Part shown: piece by piece, positions 1-15,000 of the stretch | Layout of the letters: the number at the start of each line of letters is the position of its first letter | Position numbering within the stretch: position 1 is the first letter of the stretch | Assembly: GCA_965242525.1 (NCBI GenBank) | Contig: OZ251459.1 | Span: forward strand, 224,001 to 288,000 | Source: an uncultured Candidatus Binatia bacterium | Lineage (GTDB): Bacteria; Desulfobacterota; Binatia; UBA9968; JAJDTQ01 | Direction: 5' to 3' | Length of the DNA: 64,000 nt | Translations under genes and position numbers: made by a program | The notes under the pieces: model-generated | The model's database searches: none | Told to the model about the DNA's origin: nothing | Seen by the model: the letters and a program-made list of their open reading frames with translations, nothing else

Positions 1-1
1 G

Positions 2-3000
2 GTGGACGAGCCGAACGAGACGGTAAAGGTCTCGCTGAGTCTGCCGGTGAACGCCAACGTCCCGGTGAGCGGAGGCACGGGGACCGGGACGATCGAGGAC
101 GACGATGCTGCGCCGACGGTGACGCTGGCGGTGGCGGACAGCGCGATTGCCGAGAACGGGGGCACGACGACGGTGACGGCGACGCTGAGCCATGAGTCGA
201 GCGCGGCGACCACGATCACCGTGGAGCCGGAGGCGGGCGCCTACACGGTGGGAGCGGACGCGACCATCACGATCGCGGCTGGCGCCACGTCGAACGCTAC
301 GGACACGGCGACGGTCACGGCGGTGAACGACGCGATCGACAACGTGGGCAACCGGGCCGTGACGGTGACGGGAACGGCGGCCAACGCGCAGGCTGCCGCG
401 GAGTCGGCGACGGTGTCCGTGACCGGCGCGGCGCTGACGCTGACCGACGACGAGGACACGCCGGAGGCGACTCTGGCGCTGAGCGACGCGACGATCGACG
501 AGCACGATGGGACGAATACCGGGTCGAGCACGGTAACGGCGACGCTGAACCGCGCGTCGAGTGAGGCGGTCACGCTGACGGTGGCGGCGGCCGCGGGGAC
601 GAACGCGGCGGCGACGGACTTCAGCCTGTCGAGCGCCAAGACGCTCATAATAGCGGCGGGGGAGACCAGCAGCACCGGCACGGTGACAGTGACGGCGGTG
701 GACAACACGGCGGACGCGCCGGACAAGGAAGTGACGGTCTCGGCGACGGTGAGCGGCGCCAGCGGGGTGGCGGACCCGACGAACGTGACGCTGACGATCG
801 AGGACGACGAAGCTGTGCCGACGGTGGCGCTGACGGTAGCGGACGCCTCGATCTCCGAGAACGGCGGCACGACGACGGTGACGGCGACTTTGAGCCATGC
901 GTCGAGCACGGTGACCACGATCACCGTGGAGCCGGGGGCCGGCGCATACACGGTGGGTGCGGACGCCACGATCACGATCGCGGCGGGTGAGGCGGAGAAC
1001 GCGACCGACAGCGTGACGATCACGGCGGTGAACGACGCGATCGACAACGTAGGCGACCGGGCGGTGACGGTGACGGGAACGGCGGCCAATGCGCAGGCCG
1101 CCGCTGAGTCGGCGACGGTGGCGGTGACCGGCGCGGCGTTGACGCTGACTGACGACGAGACCACGCCGATGGCGACGCTGGCGCTGAGCGATGCGACGAT
1201 CGACGAGCACGACGGGACGAACCCGGGGTCGGCGACGGTGACGGCGACGTTGGACCGGGTGTCGAGCGAGGCGGTGACGTTGACGGTGGCAGCGACGGCG
1301 GGGACGAACGCGGCGTCGGGGGACTTCAGCTTGTCGAGCGCGAAGACCCTGACCATCGCGGCGGGGGAGACGAGTAGCACCGGCACGGTGACGGTGACCG
1401 CGGTGGACAACACCGCGGACGCGCCGGACAAGGAAGTGACGGTCTCGGCGTCGGTGAGCGGGGACAGCGGCGTTGCTGACCCGGTGAGCGTGACGCTGAC
1501 GATCGAAGACGACGAAGCGGCGCCGACGGTCGCACTTGCGGTAGCGGATGCCTCGATCTCCGAGAACGGCGGCACGACCAGGGTGACGGCCACGCTGAGC
1601 CATGCGTCGAGCGCGGCGACGACGATCACCGTGCAGCCGGAGGCCGGCGCCTACACGGTGGGCGCGGCCGCCACGATCACGATTGCGGCGGGTGAGATGG
1701 CGAACGCGACCGACAGCGTGACGATCACGGCGGTGAACGACGCCATCGACAACGTGGGCAACCGGGCCGTGACGGTGACGGGCACGGCGGCCAACGCGCA
1801 GGCTGCCGCCGAGTCGGCGACGGTGTCCGTGACCGGCGCGGCGCTCACTCTGACCGACGACGAGGAGACGCCGGAGGCGACCCTGGCGCTGAGCGATGCG
1901 ACGATCGACGAACACGACGGGGCCAACCCCGGGTCGGCGACGGTGACGGCGACGCTGAACCGTGCATCGACCGAGGCGGTAACGCTGACCGTGGCGGCCA
2001 CGGCAGGGACGAACGCGGCGGACGGCGACTTCAGCTTGTCGAGCGCGAAGACGCTCACCATCGCGGCGGGGGAGACGAGCAGCACGGGCACGGTGACGGT
2101 GACGGCGGTCGATAACACGGCGGACGCGCCGGACAAGGAAGTGACCGTGTCGGCAACGGTGAGCGGCGACAGCGGCGTGGCTGACCCGGCGAGCGTGACG
2201 CTGACGATCGAAGACGACGAAGCAGCGCCGACGGTCGCGTTGGCGGTAGCCGACGCCTCGATCTCCGAGAACGGCGGCACGACGACGGTGACGGCGACGC
2301 TGAGCCATGCGTCGAGCGCGGCGACCACGGTCACCGTGGAGCCGGAGGCGGGCGCCTACACGGTGGGCGCGGACGCGACGCTCACGATTGCGGCGGGCGA
2401 AACGTCGAACGCGGCGGACAGCGTGACGATCACGGCGGTAGACGACGCGATCGACAACGTGGGCAACCGCGCTGTGACGGTGACGGGAACGGCGGCCAAC
2501 GCCCAGGCTGCCGCCGAGTCGGCGACGGTGTCCGTCACCGGAGCAGCGCTGACGCTGACCGACGACGAAGCGACGCCGACAGCGACGCTGGCGCTGAGCG
2601 ATGCGACGATCGACGAACACGACGGGGCCAACCCCGGGTCGGCGACGGTGACGGCCACGTTGAACCACGCGTCGAGTGAGGCGTTGACGTTGACGGTGGC
2701 AGCGACGGCAGGGACGAACGCGGCGGCGACGGACTTCGGTTTGTCGAGCACGAAGACGCTGACCATCGCGGCGGGGGACACGAGCAGCACCGGCGCGGTG
2801 ACGGTGACCGCGGTGGACAACACGGCGGACGCGCCGGACAAGCAGGTGACCGTGTCGGCGTCGGTGAGCGGCGACAGCGGCGTGGCGGCCCCGTCGAACG
2901 TGACCCTGACGATCGAGGACGACGAGGCAGCGCCGACGGTAGCGCTGGCGGTAGCGCACAACCCGATCTCCGAGAACGGCGGCGCGACGACGGTGACGGC

Positions 3001-6000
3001 CACGTTGAGCCATCCGTCGAGCGCCGCGACCACGGTCACGGTGTCGGCGGCGGCCGGGGATCACACGGTGGCGGCGGACTTCGAGCAGACGGGGACGACG
3101 CTCAGCATCGCCGCCGGAGACACGACCAGCACCGGTACGGTGACGATCGCGGCGGTGGACGACGACGAGGACGCGGCCCACGACAAGACGGTGAGGGTGA
3201 CCGGTTCCGCGCAGAACAGCCAAGGCGTGGGGACGGTGACTGGCGCCAGCCTCACCCTCACCGACGACGACGTGAACAAGGTTCCGAGCTTCGGGACGGT
3301 GATCGAGGACCAGGAATGGCCGGTAGCGACGGAGATCGCGCGGCTCGACCTGCCGGAGGCGACGGGTGGTGATGGGGCGCTGACGTACACGATGACGCCG
3401 GCGCTGCCGTCGTGGCTGACGCGGAACGGGTTTGCGGTGACCGGGACCACGCCGGCGCTTTCGGTGGCAGGCAGGGACTACACGTGGACGGTGCGGGACT
3501 CCGACGGGGACGTGGCGGAGTTGACGTTCGAGATCGCCGTGTCGGCAACCACGGTGGACCCGGAGGGCGGGATGCTGTCGCTGGCGGTCTCATCGCCGCG
3601 CGTGACGGAGGGAGCAGCGGGCGCGACGGCGTCGCTGAGCTACGCGGTGACGCTGAGCGCGGCGAGCACCGAGCAGGTGACGGTGAAGTACGCGGACGCG
3701 GGTACGGGGACGGCGGCGTCCGGGACCGACTACGCGGCGCTCAGTGCGGGGACGCTGACGTTTGCGCCCGGTGACACGAGCAAGACGGTCACGGTGACGG
3801 TGACCGGCGACGGGGTGGATGAGCCGAACGAGACGGTGAAGGTTTCGCTGAGCCTGCCGGTGAACGCCAACGTCCCGGTGAGCGGAGGCACGGGGACGGG
3901 GACGATCGAGGACGACGATGCTGCGCCGACGGTGACGCTGGCGGTGGCGGACAGCGCCATCGCCGAGGACGGGGGTACGACGACGGTGACGGCGACGCTG
4001 AGCCATGAGTCGAGCGCGGCGACCACGATCACCGTGGAGCCGGAGGCGGGCGCCTACACGGTGGGAGCGGACGCGACCATCACGATTGCGGCTGGCGCCA
4101 CGTCGAACGCTACGGACACGGCGACGATCACGGCGGTGAACGACGCGATCGACAACGTAGGCGACCGGGCGGTGACGGTAACGGGAACGGCGGCCAACGC
4201 GCAGGCTGCCGCGGAGTCGGCGACGGTGGCCGTGACCGGCGCGTCGCTGACGCTGACCGACGACGAAGACACGCCGGAGGCGACGCTGGCGCTCAGTCCG
4301 ACGGCGATCGACGAGCACGACGGGACGAATCCGGGAGCGAGCACGGTGACGGCGACGTTGAACCGTGCGTCAAGCGAGTCGGTGACGCTGACCGTGGCCG
4401 CGGCTGCTGGGAGGAACGCGGCGGCGACGGACTTCAACCTGTCGAGCGCGAAGACGCTCACCATCGCGGCGGGAGAGATGGCGAGCACCGGTACGGTGAT
4501 GGTGACGGCGGTGGACAATACGGCGGACGCGCCGGACAAGGAAGTGACCGTGTCGGCAACGGTGAGCGGCGACAGCGGCGTTGCGGACCCGGCGAGCGCG
4601 ACGCTGACGATCGAGGACGACGAAGCGGCGCCGACGGTGGCGCTGGCGGTAGCGGACGCCTCGATCTCCGAGAACGGCGGTACCACGACGGTGACGGCAA
4701 CGCTGAGCCATGAGTCGAGCGCGGCGACTACAGTCACCGTGGAGCCGGAGGCTGGCGCTTATACGGTGGGCGCGGACGCGACGATCACGATTGCGGCGGG
4801 CGAGACGGCGAACGCGGCGGACAGCGTGACGATCACGGCGGTGAACGACGCGATCGACAACGTGGGCAACCGCGCCGTGACGGCGACGGGGACGGCGGCC
4901 AACGCGCAGGCTGCCGCGGAGTCGGCGACGGTGGCGGTGACCGGCGCGGCGCTGACCTTGACGGACGACGAGGCCGCGCCGGCGGTGACCCTGGCGCTGT
5001 CCGAACCCGATGCGTTGAAGCCGGACACCATCGACGAGAGCGGCGCGGGCAACGCGAGCACGGTGACGGCAACTTTGGACCGCGCGTCGAGCGAGGCGGT
5101 GACGCTGACGGTGGCGGCAGCGGCCGGAACCAATGCGGCGGCGACCGATTACAACCTGTCGAGCGGGAAGACGCTGACCATCGCGGCGGGGGAGACGAGC
5201 AGCACCGGCACGGTGACGGTGACGGCGGTGGACAACACGGTGGACGCGCCGGACAAGGAAGTGACGGTCTCGGCGACGGTGAGCGGGAACAGCGGGGTGT
5301 CGGCCCCGTCCGCCGTGACCCTGACCATCGAGGACGACGATGCTGCGCCGACGGTGACGCTGGCGGTGGCGGACAGCGCGATCTCCGAGAACGGCGGAAC
5401 GACGACGGTGACGGCGACCTTGAGCCACGCGTCGAGTGCGGCGACCACGGTGACGGTGCAGCCGGCGTCGGGCGCCTACACGGTGGGCTCGGATGCGACC
5501 ATCACGATTGCGGCGGGCGAGACGTCGAACGCTTCGGACACGGCGACGGTCACGGCCGTGGACGACGCCATCGACAACGTGGTCAACCGCTCGACGACGG
5601 TGACGGGGACGGCGGCCAACGCGCAGGCTGCCGCGGAGTCGGCGACGGTGGCGGTGACCGGCGCGGCGCTGACTTTGACCGACGACGAAGCCGCGCCGGC
5701 GGTGACCCTGGCGCTGTCCGAACCCGATGCGTTGAAGCCGGACACCATCGACGAGAGCGGCGCGGGCAACGCGAGCACGGTGACGGCAACTTTGGACCGC
5801 GCGTCGAGCGAGGCGGTAACGCTGACGGTGGCAGCGGCGGCGGGCACGAACGCGGTCGCGTCAGACTTCAGTCTGTCGAGCACGAAAACGCTCACCATCG
5901 CGGCGGGGGAGACGGCGAGCACCGGCACGGTGACGGTGACGGCGGTGGACAACACGGTGGACGCGCCGGACAAGGAAGTGACGGTATCGGCGGTGGTGAG

Positions 6001-9000
6001 CGGGGACAGCGGCGTGGCGGCTCCGGCGAGCGTGACCTTGACCATTGAGGACGACGAAGCCGCGCCGACGGTGGCGCTGGCGGTAGCGGACGCCTCGATC
6101 TCCGAGAACGGCGGCACCACGACGGTGACGGCGACGCTGAGCCATGCTTCGAGCGTAGCGACCACGATCACCGTGGAGCCGGAGGCCGGCGCCTACACGG
6201 TGGGCGCGGACGCGACGGTCACGATTGCGGCTGGCGAGACCTCGAACGCTTCGGACACGGCGACGATCACGGCGGTGGATGACGCGGTTGACAACGTAGT
6301 CAACCGCTCAGCGACGGTGACCGGGACGGCGCAAAACGGTCACGACGTGGGCGCGGTGACCGGAGCGGCGTTGACGCTGACCGACGACGAAACTACGCCG
6401 ACGGCGACGCTGGCACTGAGCGACGCGACGATCGACGAACACGACGGGACCAACCCCGGGTCGGCGACGGTGACGGCGACGCTGAATCGCGCGTCGAGTG
6501 AGGCGGTCACGCTGACAGTAGCGGCGACCGCCGGGACGAACGCGGCGTCGGGCGACTTCAGCCTGTCGTCCGCAAAGACGCTCACCATCGCGGCGGGGGA
6601 CACGAGCAGCACCGGCACGGTGACCGTGACTGCGGTGGACAACACGGCGCACGCGCCCGACAAACAGGTGACCGTCTCGGCGTCGGTGAGCGGCGACAGC
6701 GGCGTGGCTGACCCGTCGAGCGTGACGCTGACCATCGAGGACGACGAAGCCGCGCCGAAGGTGACGCTGGTTCTGTCCTCGTCGTCCATTTCGGAGGACG
6801 GCGGCCAGGCGACGGTAACGGCGACGCTCTCGCACGCATCGAGCGCGGCGACGACGGTGACGGTGGCGGCCTCGGCGGGGGCGCACACGGCGGCGGCGGA
6901 CTTCAGCTTGAGTGCGAACAGGGTGCTGACCATCGCGGCGGGGACGACGACGAGCACCGGCACGGTGACGATTTCGGCGGTGGACGACGACGAGGACGCG
7001 GCCAACGACAAGACGGTGGCCGTGTCGGCGACGGCGGCCAACGGCCACGGCGTGGCCGGTGACCCGAACGCGGTGACACTGACGATCACGGACGACGACC
7101 TGGACCGGAAGCCGACGTTTGGCGGCGCGCAGGTCGCCAGCCGGCTATGGCCGACCGCCACCGTGATCCCGCGCCTGGTGCTGCCGCGGGCGACGGGGGG
7201 AGATGGGACGCTGACCTACACGTTGTCGCCGGCGTTGCCTTCGTGGTTGTCGCGGAACGGGTTCCTGGTGACGGGCACGACGCCGGGCGATCCGACGAAC
7301 CAGGTGGAATACACCTGGACGGTGGAGGACGAGGACGGGGACGAGGACTCGGTGAAGTTCCTGGCGGCGGTGATTCGCCCGGGCGACCCGCCCCGGTTGG
7401 TCAACCCGCCGGGGATCGTCGTGAACACGGGAGACATGCCGGCGCTGTCGCTGTCGTCGCCGCGGGTGACGGAGGGGGCGTCGGGTTCGACGTCGGCCCT
7501 GAGGTGGACGGTGACGTTGAGCAAGGCGAGCACCGCGCAGGTGACGGTGAAGTACGCGGACGCGGGTACGGGTACGGCGACCTCCGGGACCGACTACGCG
7601 GCGCTCAGTGGCGGGACGCTGACGTTTGCGCCCGGTGAGACGAGCAAGACGGTGACGGTGACGGTGACCGGTGACGGGGTGGACGAACCGGACGAGACGG
7701 TGAAGGTATCGCTGAGCGAGCCGGTGAACGCGAGACTCCCGGTGAGCGCCGCGACGGGAACCGGAACGATCGAGGACGACGACGCGGCGCCGACGGTTGC
7801 GTTGGCGGTAGCGGACGCATCGATCTCCGAGAACGGCGGAACGACGACGGTGACGGCCACGCTGAGCCACGCGTCGAGCGCGGCGACCACGATCACCGTG
7901 ACGGCGGTGTCGGATGCCTACACGGTGGGGGCGGACGCCACGATCACGATCGCTGCTGGCGAGACGGAGACCGCGACCGACAGCGTGACGATTACGGCGG
8001 TGAACGACGCAGTGGACAACGTGGGCGACCGGGCCGTGACGGTGACGGGAACGGCGCAGAACAGCCAGGGCATCGGCACGGTAACGGGTGCGAGCTTGAC
8101 GCTGACCGACGACGAAACTACGCCGACGGCGACGTTGGCGCTGAGCGACGCGACGATCGATGAACACGACGGGACGAATCCGGGTTCGGCGACGGTGACC
8201 GCGACGCTGAACCGTGCATCGACCGAGGCGGTGACCCTGACGGTGGCGGCCACGGCGGGAACGAACGCGGCGGACGGCGACTTCAGCTTGTCGAGCGCGA
8301 ATACGCTCACCATCGCGGCGGGAGACACCAGCAGCACCGGCACGGTGACGGTAACCGCGGTCGACAACACGGCGGACGCGCCGGACAAGGAAGTGACCGT
8401 CTCGGCAACGGTGAGCGGCGACAGCGGCGTGGCTGACCCGTCGAGCGTGAAGCTGACGATCCGGGACGACGAAGCCGCGCCGACGGTGACGCTGGCGGTA
8501 GCGGACAACGCGGTCTCCGAGAACGGCGGCACGACCACGGTAACGGCCACGCTGAGCCACGCTTCGAGCGCGGCGACGACGGTCACGGTGCAGCCGGAAG
8601 CGGGCGCCTACACGGTGGGCGCGGACGCGACCATCACGATTGCGGCGGGCGAAACGTCGAACGCTTCGGACACGGCGACGGTCACAGCGGTGAACGACGC
8701 CATCGACAACGTGGTCAACCGCTCGACGACGGTGACGGGGACGGCGGTCAACGCCCAAGCTGCCGCGGAGTCGGCGACGGTGACCGTAATCGGCGCGGCG
8801 CTGACCTTGACCGACGACGAAGCCACGCCGGCGGTGACGCTGGCGCTGTCCGAACCCGATGCCTTGAAGCCGGACACCATCGACGAGAGTGGCGCGGGCA
8901 ACGCAAGCACGGTGACGGCGACGCTGGACCGTGCGTCGAGCGAGGCGGTGACCTTGACGGTGGCGGCGACGGCGGGGACGAATGCGGCGGCGACGGACTT

Positions 9001-12000
9001 CAGCCTGTCGAGTGCGAAGACCCTGACCATCGCGGCGGGAGACACGAGCAGCACCGGCACGGTGACGGTGACTGCGGTGGACAACACGGTGGACGCGCCC
9101 GACAAGCAGGTGACCGTCTCCGCAACGGTGAGCGGCGATAGCGGCGTCGCCGCGCCGGCAAGCGTGACGCTGACGATCCGAGACGACGATGCTGCGCCGA
9201 CGGTGATGCTGGCGGTAGCGGACGCCTCGATCTCCGAGAACGGCGGAACGACGACGGTGACGGCAACGCTGAGCCACGCTTCGAGCGCGGCGACGACGAT
9301 CACCGTGCAGCCGGAGGCCGGCGCCTACACGGTGGGGGCGGACGCGACCATCACCATTGCGGCGGGCGAGACTGCGAACGCCGCAGATACGGCGACAATC
9401 ACGGCCGTGGACGACACGATCGACAACGTGGCGAACCGGACCGCGACGGTGACCGGAACGGCGCAGAACAGCCAGGACGTCGGCACTGTAACGGGTGCGA
9501 GCTTGACGCTGACCGACGACGAGGGAGCGCCAACGGCGACGCTCGTGCTGAACCCGGCGGCGATCGACGAACACGACGGGACCAACCCCGGATCGGCGAC
9601 GGTGACGGCGACGCTGGACCGGGCGTCGAGCGAGGCGGTGACGTTGACGGTGGCGGCGACGGCGGGGACGAACGCGGCGTCGGGGGACTTCAGCCTGTCG
9701 AGCGCGGAGACCCTGACCATCGCGGCGGGGGAGATGGCGAGCACCGGCACGGTGACGGTGACTGCGGTGGACAACACGGTGGACGCGCCGGACAAGGAAG
9801 TGACGGTCTCGGCAACCGTGGGCGGTGACAGCGGCGTTGCCGCGCCGGCAAGCGTGAAGCTGACGATCCGGGACGACGAAGCCGCGCCGACGGTGACGCT
9901 GGCGGTAGCGGACAACGCGATCTCCGAGAACGGCGGTACGACCACGGTGACGGCCACGCTGAGCCACGCTTCGAGCGCGGCGACGACGATCACCGTGCAG
10001 CCGGAAGCAGGCGCCTACACGGTGGGGGCGGACGCGACCATCACGATTGCGGCGGGCGAAACGTCGAACGCGGCGGACACGGCGACGGTTACGGCCGTGA
10101 ACGACGCCATCGACAACGTGGTCAACCGCTCGACGACGGTGACGGGGATGGCAGCCAACGCGCAGGCTGCCGCGGAGTCGGCGACGGTGGCGGTGACCGG
10201 CGCGGCGCTGACCTTGACGGACGACGAAGGCACGCCGGTGGTGACCCTGGCGCTGTCCGAACCCGATGCGTTGAAGCCGGACACCATCGACGAGAGCGGC
10301 GCGGGCAACGCGAGCACGGTGACGGCGACCTTGAACCGTGCGTCGAGCACGGCAGTGACCTTGACGGTGGGGGCGACGGCGGGGACGAACGCGGCGTCGG
10401 GTGACTTCAGCCTGTCGAGCGCGAAGACGCTGACCATCGCGGCGGGGGAGACAGCGAGCACCGGGACGGTGACGGTGACGGCGGTGGACAACACGGTGGA
10501 TGCGCCGGACAAGGAAGTGACGGTCTCGGCGGTGGTGAGCGGGAACAGCGGGGTGGCGGCGCCGGCGAGCGTGACTCTGACCATCGAGGACGACGAAGCG
10601 GCGCCAACGGTGACGCTGGCGGTAGCGGACAGCGCGATCTCCGAGAACGGCGGAACGACGACGGTGACGGCGACGCTGAGCCACGCTTCGAGCGCGGCGA
10701 CCACGATCACCGTGACGGCGGTGTCGGGGGCCTACATGGTGGGCTCGGACGCGACCATCACGATTGCGGCGGGCGAAACGTCGAACGCTTCGGACACGGC
10801 GACGGTCACAGCGGTGGACGACGCCATCGACAACGTGGTCAACCGCACGACGACGGTGACGGGGACGGCGGCCAACGCGCAGGCTGCCGCGGAGTCGGCG
10901 ACGGTGGCGGTGACCGGCGCGGCGCTGACCTTGACGGACGACGAAGGCACGCCGGTGGTGACCCTGGCGCTGTCCGAACCCGATGCGTTGAAGCTGGACA
11001 CCATCGACGAGAGCGGCGCGGGCAACGCGAGCACGGTGACGGCGACCTTGAACCGTGCGTCGAGCACGGCAGTGACCTTGACGGTGGGGGCGACGGCGGG
11101 GACGAACGCGGCGTCGGGTGACTTCAGCCTGTCGAGCGCGAAGACGCTGACCATCGCGGCGGGGGAGACAGCGAGCACCGGGACGGTGACGGTGACGGCG
11201 GTGGACAACACGGTGGATGCGCCGGACAAGGAAGTGACGGTCTCGGCGGTGGTGAGCGGGAACAGCGGGGTGGCGGCGCCGGCGAGCGTGACTCTGACCA
11301 TCGAGGACGACGAAGCGGCGCCAACGGTGACGCTGGCGGTAGCGGACAGCGCGATCTCCGAGAACGGCGGAACGACGACGGTGACGGCGACGCTGAGCCA
11401 CGCTTCGAGCGCGGCGACCACGATCACCGTGACGGCGGTGTCGGGGGCCTACATGGTGGGCTCGGACGCGACCATCACGATTGCGGCGGGCGAAACGTCG
11501 AACGCTTCGGACACGGCGACGGTCACAGCGGTGGACGACGCCATCGACAACGTGGTCAACCGCACGACGACGGTGACGGGGACGGCGGCCAACGCGCAGG
11601 CTGCCGCGGAGTCGCAGACGGTGGCGGTGACTGGCGCGGCGCTGACCTTGACCGACGACGAAGCCGCGCCGACAGTGACTCTGGCGCTGTCCGAACCCGA
11701 TGCGTTGAAGCCGGACACCATCGACGAGAGCGGCGCGGGCAACGCGAGCACGGTGACGGCGACCCTGGACCGGGCGTCGAGCGCGGCGGTGACGCTGACG
11801 GTGGCTGCGGCAGCGGGGACGAACGCGGCGTCGGGGGACTTCAGCCTGTCGAGCGCGAAGACGCTGACCATCGCGGCGGGAGACACGAGCAGCACCGGCA
11901 CGGTGACGGTGACGGCGGTGGACAACACGGTGGACGCGCCGGACAAGGAAGTAACCGTCTCGGCAACGGTGAGCGGCGACAGCGGCGTGGCGGACCCGGC

Positions 12001-15000
12001 GAGCGTGACGCTGACGATAGAGGACGACGAGGCGGCGCCGACGGTGACGCTGGCGGTAGCGGACAACGCGATCTCCGAGAACGGCGGTACGACGACGGTG
12101 ACGGCCACGCTGAGCCACGCTTCGAGCGCGGCGACGACGGTCACCGTGCAGCCGGAAGCAGGCGTCTACACGGTGGGCGCGGACGCGACCATCACGATTG
12201 CGGCGGGCGAAACGTCGAACACTGCGGACAGCCTGACCATCACCGCTGTGGACGACGCGATCGACAACGTGCCCAACCGCGCCGCGACGGTGGACGGTTC
12301 GGCGCAGAATAGCCAGGGCGTCGGCACGGTAACGGGCGCGAACCTCACCCTCACCGACGACGAGGGAGCGCCTACGGCGACGCTGGCGCTGAGCGATGCG
12401 ACGATCGATGAACACGACGGGACGAACCCCGGGTCGGCGACGGTGACGGCGACGCTGAACCGTGCATCGACTCAGGCGGTAACGCTGACCGTGGCCGCGG
12501 CTGCGGGAAGGAACGCGGCATCTGGCGACTTCAGTCTGTCGAGCACCAAGACGCTGACCATCGCGGCAGGAGACACCAGCAGCACCGGTACAGTGACCGT
12601 GATGGCGGTCGATAACACGGCGGACGCGCCGGACAAGGAAGTGACCGTCTCGGCAATGGTGAGCGGCGACAGCGGCGTGGCGGACCCGGCGAGCGTGAAG
12701 CTGACGATCCGGGACGACGAGGCGGCGCCGACGGTGACGCTGGCGGTAGCGGACAACGCGATCTCCGAGAACGGCGGCTCAACCACCGTGACCGCAACGC
12801 TGAGCCATGCGTCGAGCGCAGCGACCACGATCACCGTACAGCCGGCGTCAGGCGCCTACACTGTGGGTTCGGACGCGACCATCACGATTGCGGCGGGCGA
12901 GACGTCGAACGCTTCGGACACGGCGACGGTCACGGCCGTGAACGATGCCATCGACAACGTGGTCAACCGCACGACGACGGTGACGGGGACGGCGGTCAAC
13001 GCGCAGGCTGCTGCGGAGTCGGCGACGGTGGCGGTGACCGGCGCGGCGCTGACCTTGACCGACGACGAAGCCACGCCGGCGGTGACCCTGGCGCTGTCCG
13101 AACCCGATGCGTTGAAGCCGGACACCATCGACGAGAGCGGCGCGGGCAACGCGAGCACGGTGACGGCGACCCTGGACCGCGCGTCGACCGAGGCGGTGAC
13201 GCTGACGGTAGCGGCGACGGCGGGGACGAACGCGGCGTCGGGTGACTTCCGCCTGTCGAGCGCGAAGACGCTGACCATCGCGGCCGGGGAGACGAGCAGC
13301 ACCGGCACGGTGACGGTGACCGCGGTGGACAACACGGTGGACGCGCCGGACAAGGAAGTGACGGTATCGGCGGTGGTGAGCGGGAACAGCGGCGTGGCCG
13401 CCCCGTCCGCCGTGACGCTGACCATCGAGGACGACGAAGCGGCGCCGGCGGTGACGCTGGCGGTAGCGGACAACGCGATCTCCGAGAACGGCGGAACGAC
13501 CACGGTAACGGCCACGCTGAGCCACGCTTCGAGCGCGGCGACGACGGTCACCGTGCAGCCGGAAGCGGGGGCCTACACGGTGGGCTCGGACGCGACGATC
13601 ACGATTGCGGCGGGCGAGACGGCGAACGCGGCCGACAGCGTGACCATCACGGCGGTGGACGACGCGATCGACAACGTGGTGAACCGGACGGCGACGGTGA
13701 GCGGAACGGCGCAGAACAACCACGACGTCGGCACGGTAACGGGCGCGAGCTTGACGCTGACCGACGACGAGGGAGCGCCGACGGCGACGCTGGTGCTGAA
13801 CCCGGCGGCCATCGACGAGCACGACGGGACGAATCCGGGTTCGGCGACGGTGACCGCGACGCTGAACCGTGCATCGACTCAGGCGGTAACGCTGACCGTG
13901 GCCGCGGCGGCGGGAACGAACGCGGCGGCGACGGACTTCGAACTGTCGAGCGCCAGGACGCTGACCATTGCGGCAGGAGACACCGGCAGCACCGGTACGG
14001 TGACGGTGACCGCGGTCGATAACACGGCGGACGCGCCGAACAAGGAAGTGACGGTATCGGCAACGGTGAGCGGCGACAGCGGCGTGGCGGACCCGGTGGC
14101 CGTGACGCTGACGATCGAGGACGACGAGGCGGCGCCGGGGGTGATTCTGTCGGTGGCGGACAGCGCCATCTCGGAGGACGGCGGTACGGCGACGGTGACG
14201 GCGACGCTGAGCCATGCGTCGAGCGCGGCGACGACGGTGACGGTGCAGCCGGTGTCGGGGGCGTACAGGGTGGGTTCGGACGCGACCATCACGATCGCCG
14301 CGGGCGAGACGGCGAACGCTGCGGACAGCGTGACGATCACCGCGGTGGACGATGGCGTGGAGAACGCGGAGGACCGTTCGGTGTCGGTGACGGGGACTGC
14401 GGAGAACAGCCAGGGCGTGGGGGGCGTGGCCGGCGCGGCGCTGACCATCACGGAGGGGAGCGGGCAGGGGACCCGGCAGAATGCCGGAGCGGAGGACGGG
14501 GCGCCGGCCTTTGCCTCGGACAGGTTCGACGCGCAACGCTACGTGCGGGACTCGACCATCGCGCCGGTCCCGCTGCCGGCAGCCACCGGCGGGGACGGGA
14601 CGCTGACCTATACGCTGAGCGGGCCGGGGGATTCGAGCGGCCTGACCCTGCCGGCCGGGATCGCGTATGCGGCGCCGAGCGCCGGCGACGGCACGGGCGG
14701 GACGCTGTCGGGCACGCCTGCGGAGGTGGCGGCAGAGGCGACCTACACGCTGACGGCCACGGACGAAGACGGTGACGAGGCCAGCCTGTCGTTCTCCATG
14801 GAGGTGGTGAGCGCGGTCAGGGCGGCGCCGAACCGGGTTCCGTCTTTCGATCCGAACATGTTTGCCTCGCAGCGCTACATCGAGGATCGGGCGATCGAGC
14901 CGGTGGTGCGGCTGCCGGCGGCGACCGGCGGCGACGGGAGGCTGAGCTACGAGTTGAGGGGGCCGCTCGTGGCCCCCGGCGACGACATGACCCGGTTGGC

